Below are positions 15,058-21,149 of a stretch of DNA of 21,149 nucleotides, piece after piece. How positions within the stretch are numbered: the first letter of the stretch is position 1; each line of letters opens with the position of its first letter. The translations under genes were made by a program, and so were the position numbers. The stretch is taken from the IMG/VR virus record IMGVR_UViG_3300044467_000006, positions 1-21,149 of that record; one strand, written 5' to 3'. Below the pieces are notes generated by a model, which searched no databases, was not told the DNA's origin, and was given only the letters and a program-made list of their open reading frames with translations. Source of the DNA: a virus.

Positions 15058-15717
15058 ATGGATAAGAAGCCAACATACACCATTCTTGTAGACCTTGACG
15101 CCATCGTGGCCGACCTGATGACCGACTGGCTCGCGCTCTACAATGCTGCTCGGCCCAATCGCAAGCCCGTGGTGCCCGAGGACGTTACCTCATGGAACAT
15201 CGGCAAGGCTATCGGGGACAAGTCCATCGACGGCTTCCTGAATGCTCCCGGGCTATACCCCAACCTCAAGCCCATGTCGGGTGCCATCGAGGCGCTCAAG
15301 CAGATCACGAGGATGAAGTGGAACACCACTGGCGGGCTGGTCTACGATGTTGTCTTCCTTACGTCAGCCATCTCTTCTCCGCACATTCTTGCGGACAAGT
15401 CCGCATGGCTACGCCAGCACTTCCCATTCATTGGTCCGAAGAACCACATGTACGGCTACAAGAAGGCGTTGGTGCGTGGAGACTTCTTCATCGACGATGC
15501 GCCCAAGAACCTTCAGGCGTGGAAGGCTGCGAATCCAGACGGCCTGACGGTGACCATCACGTACCCGTACAACAAGGATACAGAGGTAGACTTCCGGGCA
15601 GGAAGCTACACCGACATGGAAGGTACGTGGGGTAAGATTCGGGACTTCTTCGCGACTTACAGGCGTGTGGCCGAGGAGGAGATGGCTACGGAGAAAGAGG
15701 GGGCAACTCTTCAATGA
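15058..15717 (+). CDS. 5'(3')-deoxyribonucleotidase, NT5C / HAD family
   Basis: VDLDAIVAD (DxD), FLTS, K..WL..HFP, GDFFIDDAPKNL, YN. Confidence 0.88.
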   Translation: MDKKPTYTILVDLDAIVADLMTDWLALYNAARPNRKPVVPEDVTSWNIGKAIGDKSIDGFLNAPGLYPNLKPMSGAIEALKQITRMKWNTTGGLVYDVVFLTSAISSPHILADKSAWLRQHFPFIGPKNHMYGYKKALVRGDFFIDDAPKNLQAWKAANPDGLTVTITYPYNKDTEVDFRAGSYTDMEGTWGKIRDFFATYRRVAEEEMATEKEGATLQ

Positions 15718-15917
15718 AAGCCGACGAGCTAAGGCAGCCCGGTAACGAGAGAAAGCTTCTAAGGATTATTAGGACTGTCGCCAAAGCCTCGTTCTTTGAC
15801 GATAGAACGGAAGACGAATTTCGATCGGCCCTGCGCGAAATCCTGATTCTAATGAAGGGCGTCGGCAACGAACCACTAGAAGAATACGAGTGGGATCATT
15901 TCCAACCTATTCAATAG
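15714..15917 (+). CDS. hypothetical protein
   Basis: ATGA coupling; 3' end overlaps the convergent gene. Confidence 0.55.
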   Translation: MKADELRQPGNERKLLRIIRTVAKASFFDDRTEDEFRSALREILILMKGVGNEPLEEYEWDHFQPIQ

Positions 15918-16233
15918 CCTTGCCAGCAGTCTCAGCGGCCTTCTTGATGCTTGCTTCGGCGTTGGCTTGATTCTTCGTTACGTCCGCATTCACCTTACCG
16001 GCTGCAAACTTAGTTCCGACGTTCACTCCGAAGTACATGCCGATAAGAAACAGAACTAGTTGCCCGTAGGTATCATACAAGATTGCTCGGCCGGGCTTAA
16101 CATCTGCCCAAACCATGCCGCCAGTAATACACGCTAGGCCGACGAAGACCAAGAAGTATTTACGCCACCCCGAGTCGTGAGGGTCCATGACGTTATCGGG
16201 ATCGGTCTTAGGTTGAAGATTGAGAGGATCCAT
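15907..16233 (-). CDS. membrane protein with 2 TM helices, holin-like
   Basis: GWRKYFLVFVGL... and LVLFLIGMYFGVNVGTKF, a pattern typical of small phage holins. Confidence 0.6.
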   Translation of the reverse strand: MDPLNLQPKTDPDNVMDPHDSGWRKYFLVFVGLACITGGMVWADVKPGRAILYDTYGQLVLFLIGMYFGVNVGTKFAAGKVNADVTKNQANAEASIKKAAETAGKAIE

Positions 16234-16757
16234 TACTTCCTCGTCTTTCTCCTCTTACGAGCAGGAGCCGAAGCCACGATGAATGCCTGAGTCTCTAGGT
16301 GACGAAGCCGACCGTCGTGGCTTTCGATGCGAGCCTGCATCAGCGTGAGGAGAGCGTCTACGTTAGTAAGCTTCTTGAGGATTTGGTCGGTGGTGTCTCG
16401 GACTTCGCGATCTTGTGCGTCACGCGAAGATTGGAATTCATCCTTGATTTGATTTAGCGCCCGTGTGACTTTTGCTTCTTCAACTACCTCGTGTGCTTCA
16501 AGCCGGGTGGCGAGCACTTCATGCATGATTTCTGGAATCTGGGCGCGAAGGATGATGGGTAGTTTAGTATAGAGCTTCTCGTTGAGTTTTTCTGGAACTC
16601 TCTCGTCTACTACTTCTTGAATCCACAGCTTGAATGCAGCCATGGCGTCCCACGCTTTCTTGCCAAGGAAGCCAAGACCTCCGAGCAAGACGCTAGCGAT
16701 TATGATGAAGACGGGAAGATGGGATGACACTTCGGGGTTCAGTAATTCGCTAGCCAT
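16233..16757 (-). CDS. single-TM coiled-coil membrane protein
   Basis: N-terminal TM (VFIIIASVLLGGLGFLG), coiled coil, basic tail; SD GGAG; TAATG coupling. Confidence 0.7.
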   Translation of the reverse strand: MASELLNPEVSSHLPVFIIIASVLLGGLGFLGKKAWDAMAAFKLWIQEVVDERVPEKLNEKLYTKLPIILRAQIPEIMHEVLATRLEAHEVVEEAKVTRALNQIKDEFQSSRDAQDREVRDTTDQILKKLTNVDALLTLMQARIESHDGRLRHLETQAFIVASAPARKRRKTRK

Positions 16758-16841
16758 AGGACTCCATTTAGCATCGGGCCGTTACAAGGGATTCTGTATA
16801 TAAGATTAGGTTTCTGTGCTATCTAGAAGTGTGAGGCAGGA

Positions 16842-17084
16842 ATGACTGGAGCAGAAAAAGTCTACAGTTACCTACTGGAAAATGGTCCGAAGACGGATGA
16901 CCAGATCGCAGAAGATTTGCACATGAGCCCAAGCTCGGTCAGAACAAGGAGATACGAGCTAGAGCAGGACGGGCTAGTTATACCTGTAGGTAAAGCTCTC
17001 ACAAAGTACGGTCGCCAGACTTACATCTGGGTGGCTAAATCCTATGACAAGCCTAACAAGAGTAGAAAACGCTGTCCCGCCTAG
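16842..17084 (+). CDS. winged helix-turn-helix DNA-binding protein
   Basis: GPKTDDQIAEDLHMSPSSVRTRRYELEQDGLV...T.YGR...IW. Confidence 0.8.
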   Translation: MTGAEKVYSYLLENGPKTDDQIAEDLHMSPSSVRTRRYELEQDGLVIPVGKALTKYGRQTYIWVAKSYDKPNKSRKRCPA

Positions 17085-17286
17085 GCGCTTCCGTGTCATG
17101 CGTTCGATGGACGTGTCTGGAGTGTCCGGCATTGGTCACGTAGCCGACGGCATTACCTTCTACGACGGGACAACGGTTGTTTACTGGCGGACTGTCGTAG
17201 CGTCGTTGGTGATCTTCAAGGATCTCGAATCCATGATCAAAATCCATGGACACGGTGGCACAACTAGCATAGAATGGGTGGACTGA
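17044..17286 (+). CDS. conserved phage hypothetical protein
   Basis: DVSGVSGIGHVADG..F.DG...W and IHGHGG.T motifs of a recurrent phage family. Confidence 0.75.
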   Translation: MTSLTRVENAVPPRRFRVMRSMDVSGVSGIGHVADGITFYDGTTVVYWRTVVASLVIFKDLESMIKIHGHGGTTSIEWVD

Positions 17287-17765
17287 TGGAGCCAGAGCAA
17301 ATCGACGTTTCGATAGAACACCTAAAGAGAGCTACTGAAGATTACATTTTCAGGGAAAACAGAAGGATGATACTGAGAGCGTTCAACATGACCAACGAAC
17401 TTGAGAAGGCAGCCATCCCAGAACCGAAGCCTGAAACAAATACACATCCTTGCTCCGCAGACATGGCGGCCGGTTTCATTATCGAGAACTGGGGTTCGGC
17501 CGGGCACAGCCTAGTTCGCGATATTATGGCTCGCAAGGAGTTCGGGCTCAAGAAGTACGGCACTCCCCTTCAGCCCTTCAACGGAAGAAACACGTTGAAT
17601 GACCTTTACCAAGAGCTTGTCGATGGACTTAAGTACGCCACGTCGGCAATTTACGAGGCAAAGGAACTTGGGCTGTCTTCCCAAGCTCCGATCGACATCC
17701 GCAACAACCTGATTCGGGCTGCGATCATGGTGCGGAGCATGCTGGATAAGCAGAAGGCAAACTAG
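17286..17765 (+). CDS. hypothetical protein, possible all-alpha NTP pyrophosphohydrolase-like
   Basis: R..FG.KKYGTPLQPFNGRN.L.D.YQELVD..Y motif; TGATG coupling. Confidence 0.55.
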   Translation: MEPEQIDVSIEHLKRATEDYIFRENRRMILRAFNMTNELEKAAIPEPKPETNTHPCSADMAAGFIIENWGSAGHSLVRDIMARKEFGLKKYGTPLQPFNGRNTLNDLYQELVDGLKYATSAIYEAKELGLSSQAPIDIRNNLIRAAIMVRSMLDKQKAN

Positions 17766-17768
17766 CAG

Positions 17769-18095
17769 ATGAACGAGATTACCCCCAAGATGAGGAAGCT
17801 GTTTGGCCGGTCCAACCATCCGTGCCATAAGCATGCCGCCATGGTTTTCCGGGGTGGGAATCTCGTATCTAGCGGCTCCAATCACGAGACAGTCCATGCC
17901 GAGGTACAGGCCCTCAAGAAGCTTTGGCCGGACCACCGAGCCGGGACGACCGTGGTTTCCATCCGCATGACTCGGGGTGGCGTTCTGGGCATGGCCAAGC
18001 CCTGCGCTGCCTGCGAGAAGTTCATGCGAGAAGCTGGTGTCAAGAAGGTCATATACAGCAATGCGCTTGGCCAGATGGAGAAGATGAGGCTATGA
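17769..18095 (+). CDS. zinc-dependent cytidine/dCMP deaminase-like protein
   Basis: HAA....G.N, HAE, KPCAAC, GVKKVIYS. Confidence 0.85.
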   Translation: MNEITPKMRKLFGRSNHPCHKHAAMVFRGGNLVSSGSNHETVHAEVQALKKLWPDHRAGTTVVSIRMTRGGVLGMAKPCAACEKFMREAGVKKVIYSNALGQMEKMRL

Positions 18096-18421
18096 ACCGA
18101 CTAAGGTTCCCGTTGGATGATGTTCATCTGGCTAGTGCCATCAAGAAAATAGAGAGGTCGCTGGAGGAGTTTAAGGGACTGCCGCTAGACGCCAAGACCA
18201 AGGCAGTCATTAAGGTCGAGGCCCTACACATTCTCCGTGAAACAGAATGGCTTGCCGATCCGTGCTGGAAGGGCGAGATCGACATCGATCTTGTAGAAGC
18301 TCCCGATTACGTACTGCACGTACTCTTTCAGCCCAAGACCGATCAAGCCACAGAGGTTCTGAAGGACGCCTTTAAGATCGCCTACTACGAGGAGGCTAAC
18401 CATGAGCATGTCCGTAGCTGA
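18092..18421 (+). CDS. hypothetical protein
   Basis: ATGA coupling at 18092; SD GAGG. Confidence 0.65.
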   Translation: MNRLRFPLDDVHLASAIKKIERSLEEFKGLPLDAKTKAVIKVEALHILRETEWLADPCWKGEIDIDLVEAPDYVLHVLFQPKTDQATEVLKDAFKIAYYEEANHEHVRS

Positions 18422-18692
18422 AATGAAAGCTCACCGAGAAGACAAGGGCCTCAAGTACCGCATCTTCCATTGCGAGGAAGCCTATCAAGCAAAGCTCCCG
18501 GGCTTTGAAAAGCCGCCAGAGCAAGGCGACTGGGGTTACCACGACAGCTATCGGGTTCTCTTCATGTGCGAGAACGGGGAGCCCGTCGAGGAAGTATTCC
18601 GTGACCGCATGGAACCAGAAGACGCCATCCTGTGCCGTGATCTGAAGCCACTGGTCGATCTATTAAATGAGGAGGCTGGCTGTGCATCTTAA
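18402..18692 (+). CDS. hypothetical protein
   Basis: SD GAGGAGG; D.MEPEDA...RDL motif. Confidence 0.7.
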   Translation: MSMSVAEMKAHREDKGLKYRIFHCEEAYQAKLPGFEKPPEQGDWGYHDSYRVLFMCENGEPVEEVFRDRMEPEDAILCRDLKPLVDLLNEEAGCAS

Positions 18693-18885
18693 GTTCATCT
18701 TCCCAGACGGCGATGAAACTACTGCATATGACGTAGGAGGGGTGCCGAGTGTTGGGCATCGGGTAGAAATCATCAGAGACAGTAAAACTGGGCCTCACAC
18801 AGAGCGCTGTAGAGTGAAGGACGTGGTGTGGTTCCTAGACATCGAAGGATATCTCGGTCGCAGCGTTGAGGTTTACCTAGAATGA
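18682..18885 (+). CDS. hypothetical protein
   Basis: GTG after GAGGAGG; VP.VG...V..V.W pattern. Confidence 0.6.
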   Translation: MHLKFIFPDGDETTAYDVGGVPSVGHRVEIIRDSKTGPHTERCRVKDVVWFLDIEGYLGRSVEVYLE

Positions 18886-19031
18886 ACTGGCGATGCTGGA
18901 TTGGATGGCACGATTGGACCGGCTGGGTAGCTCGCGGTCTTTCGAGCCCTCAGTGGACCGTCTACGTCACTTGTTGTAAGCGCTGTAACGTACTGCGCTA
19001 TAAAGAAAAGCCGACTTGGCCGCACCAATGA
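18882..19031 (+). CDS. small DUF1660-like zinc-finger protein (49 aa, not in ORF track)
   Basis: MNWRCWIGWHDW...CCKRC; ATGA coupling. Confidence 0.6.
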   Translation: MNWRCWIGWHDWTGWVARGLSSPQWTVYVTCCKRCNVLRYKEKPTWPHQ

Positions 19032-19038
19032 GGACAAC

Positions 19039-19161
19039 ATGAACTACGATTTCCTTTGCTGGTTTGGGATTCATAAGTGGACAGTCAAAACTAACCGCAG
19101 ATACAAGCACCGCGTCTGCGTTCGCTGTGGACACCAGCACTACATCATCGATCCGCAATAA
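19039..19161 (+). CDS. small DUF1660-like zinc-finger protein (40 aa, not in ORF track)
   Basis: MNYDFLCWFGIHKW...VCVRCG; SD GAGGA. Confidence 0.65.
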   Translation: MNYDFLCWFGIHKWTVKTNRRYKHRVCVRCGHQHYIIDPQ

Positions 19162-19196
19162 AAACGCACACCGGAGGAGCAGGACTCCGGTGTGCG
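19160..19196 (-). terminator. Rho-independent terminator (possibly bidirectional)
   Basis: Perfect 12-bp stem CGCACACCGGAG/CTCCGGTGTGCG with 8-nt loop; AAAAA on + gives a U-tract on -; lies between convergent genes. Confidence 0.85.
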
Positions 19197-19221
19197 CGGC
19201 CACAGGGAACTCACTGTGGGT

Positions 19222-19683
19222 TTACGGTAGGTTTGAAGCACCGACAGCTTCGGTGTTGTTGCCCGATTCGTCGCTAAGGCGTAGGCCGACAAAGTTGTAG
19301 CTGAGTTCTTCCAGAGACTTCGGGGCAACACTCGTGTTGAAACCAGCGTGACGGACGCCAGTGACAGTCATAACGACCTTGTCGGTTTGGCGGTCGTAGA
19401 GAGCGAAGGTCATGTCCTCGGCCGTCAAGAGGTCTTGGAGCTTGGGCATGTTGCCGCCGTCCTCGGTGAACGGTCCGTGGTCGATGACTCTCCACCCGCT
19501 GGCGGTGATGCCGATGGGCTCTGCTGCTGTGTAAGTTAGCTCCGCAGGAGAGAAACGACCGAGGACGAACGCGGGTTGCACGTCATACGCAAGACCGTAG
19601 CTGACGTTAGTAAAAACGCCAACAACCTTCTTGCCCAAAATGACTTGGCATCGTGCTCCGTGCATGATTTTACTTTGAGCCAA
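19222..19683 (-). CDS. tail tube protein
   Basis: 153 aa, beta-rich, downstream of the sheath; V.P..VLG...P.EL and F.LYDR motifs; TTG start after AGGA. Confidence 0.78.
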   Translation of the reverse strand: MAQSKIMHGARCQVILGKKVVGVFTNVSYGLAYDVQPAFVLGRFSPAELTYTAAEPIGITASGWRVIDHGPFTEDGGNMPKLQDLLTAEDMTFALYDRQTDKVVMTVTGVRHAGFNTSVAPKSLEELSYNFVGLRLSDESGNNTEAVGASNLP

Positions 19684-19687
19684 CTGA

Positions 19688-19903
19688 TTATCCTACTTTC
19701 TTTAATCTGTATCTTGCTTGTCTTGTGGCGGCTTTAGCCCTTTGATCTACAGAACAATAATACGTCGGGTTATTTTTATGGCCCGGCTTTGCTAGAGAAG
19801 ACTTGGTGAGATGTTGGCGCACACGCACTTCAAGGTTCTTGGCGGTCTGACCCACATAACGGATCTCCTTAGAAAAGGGGTCTTGAAGTGCGTATACAAC
19901 CAT
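19688..19903 (-). pseudogene. truncated GIY-YIG homing endonuclease
   Basis: VVYALQDP...IRYVGQT....R.RQH present; ORF is only 71 aa and no downstream catalytic Glu helix is recognisable; AT-rich. Confidence 0.7.
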
Positions 19904-19906
19904 TGC

Positions 19907-21148
19907 TTAAGCCGCCTGAGTAATTTCTGTGACAAAAAAGGAAATTGGAATAAAGTAGATTGCTCCAGCGATCTTGACTTCGACACTAACTTTCATTACC
20001 GAACCAGAGATAACGATACGAGCATTCTTGTAGCCTAGCGGAGCATCGGACGACGCAGCGATTAGCTTGAGCCGGAAGAAGTCCGCCATGATGGCATCAA
20101 GGTAACTGAGTGCCACTGCGGCAGATACGTCCGCAACGCTCTTGCCAACGAACGCGCGCTCCATGCGCTGAGCAGTCGTGAGGGCAACGATGTCGCCCGC
20201 GTAGACCATCTGGATGGAGTTGTAGAAATTCTTGCTATCCTTGCCGTAGGTCGTCTGGTCAGAAACCCAAACGAACCCACCCTCTTCGGCCTTGCGAATC
20301 GGGTTAAGGCCCGCCTTAAGAGCGTTCTCGATGTCCGAGTCGCGATTGTAAGTCCAGTCGCCAGCAGCCTGAACAACGCCAGTGACGTTGACTTGCTTGC
20401 GGACAAGAGCCTTGTAGAAGGCCCCAGCCTGACCGGCAGCGCAAAGGACTGCGTTAATCCACGGCTGGTACTGAACGATAGAGCCGCTGATTGCGCTCTT
20501 GCCATCTTGGAACTCCATCGCGCAACGGTGCGAAGCGAGGTTGGCTGCCGCTTCTGCGTCGTTTGCATAGGTGTCGCGCTTTGACAAGAAGGCTTGGCGG
20601 TTGCGCTTAACCTTCATACCGCTCATCTTGTGGACGTGAGTTTTAAGCTGAGCGTTGATCGCTTCGATCTCGTAAGTCGAGGAAGCATCGGTGAGAGCAT
20701 CGGCAATGTCTGCCGTCGCGTCACGAGAGAAGAGCGGAATGGCGAAGTTCGCTCGGACCTGTTCGATAGCATCGACCGCAGCCGTGAAGTTGGCTGCCGT
20801 AGTTCCACCCTTGGATCCGCCAGTGAGGTAGGTTGCTGCCACGACACCCTTCGGCAAAGCACCTTCAGGAGCAGCGCTAAGCTTGACGAGATACGAGCCC
20901 GTTAGCGCTTCGCTGAATCTGAAAGCGTCGATCTTGATAGGGCAAGTCTTTGCGCCCCAAACACTATTAGCAGAGTAGCTGGTGTTGAGGAGCCCCCACA
21001 CCGTCGCGTCGAGCGCAGTAGAAGGCAGATTACCAAGGACAGCCGTGCCGGGAGCCGCGATGAAGCCAGCAATGCTTGCGAGATAGCCCGCAACGTCAGC
21101 GATGGTCGGGTATTGGTCAAAGCCAAGGGTTAGAACCGTAGAAGGATC
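19907..21148 (-). CDS. tail sheath protein (C-terminal part; 5' end beyond window)
   Basis: Frame open to the window edge (DPSTVLTLGFDQYPTIADVAGYL...); L.GG..G, L..G..PI, DQTTY, FVG, terminal beta strands IYFIPISF; followed by the tube gene. Confidence 0.85.
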   Translation of the reverse strand, partial: DPSTVLTLGFDQYPTIADVAGYLASIAGFIAAPGTAVLGNLPSTALDATVWGLLNTSYSANSVWGAKTCPIKIDAFRFSEALTGSYLVKLSAAPEGALPKGVVAATYLTGGSKGGTTAANFTAAVDAIEQVRANFAIPLFSRDATADIADALTDASSTYEIEAINAQLKTHVHKMSGMKVKRNRQAFLSKRDTYANDAEAAANLASHRCAMEFQDGKSAISGSIVQYQPWINAVLCAAGQAGAFYKALVRKQVNVTGVVQAAGDWTYNRDSDIENALKAGLNPIRKAEEGGFVWVSDQTTYGKDSKNFYNSIQMVYAGDIVALTTAQRMERAFVGKSVADVSAAVALSYLDAIMADFFRLKLIAASSDAPLGYKNARIVISGSVMKVSVEVKIAGAIYFIPISFFVTEITQAA

Positions 21149-21149
21149 G

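Noticed and set aside
16795-16810. AATCTT as a late-promoter motif (also at 2507-2512 before the HNH)
   Set aside because: The hexamer occurs many times inside CDSs; two intergenic instances are insufficient without the rest of the genome
19676-19924. Target-site duplication flanking the GIY-YIG remnant
   Set aside because: ATTACTCAGGCGGCTTAA vs GATAATCAGTTGGCTCAA match at only 12/18, too weak to support
1-21149. Stop-codon reassignment as in some large phages
   Set aside because: TAA, TAG and TGA all end well-defined genes and coding density is high under code 11

Overview
This is a fragment of a large contractile-tailed phage (myovirus, probably jumbo-type) genome using the standard genetic code. 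Positions ~1-19160 are a densely packed, mostly + strand accessory/early region. It holds an RNA end-healing/sealing cluster (DRB0094-type RNA ligase, metallophosphoesterase, tRNA-Ala(UGC), HNH endonuclease, P-loop kinase, second Rnl2-family ligase). It also holds DUF2786, a radical SAM enzyme, DUF932, a T4 RNase H/FEN-like 5'-3' exonuclease, an NT5C nucleotidase, a Zn-dependent deaminase and many small hypothetical genes. A two-gene membrane-protein islet lies on the - strand (15907-16757). The right end is a - strand structural operon (tail sheath, decayed GIY-YIG, tail tube) closed by a strong terminator. The most notable non-coding signals are an unclassified ~350-nt highly structured RNA candidate with kissing-loop/pseudoknot complementarities (12271-12622), two smaller structured intergenic elements, and sigma70 promoters positioned to make leaderless transcripts. 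All family assignments come from motifs read by eye; no searches were run.
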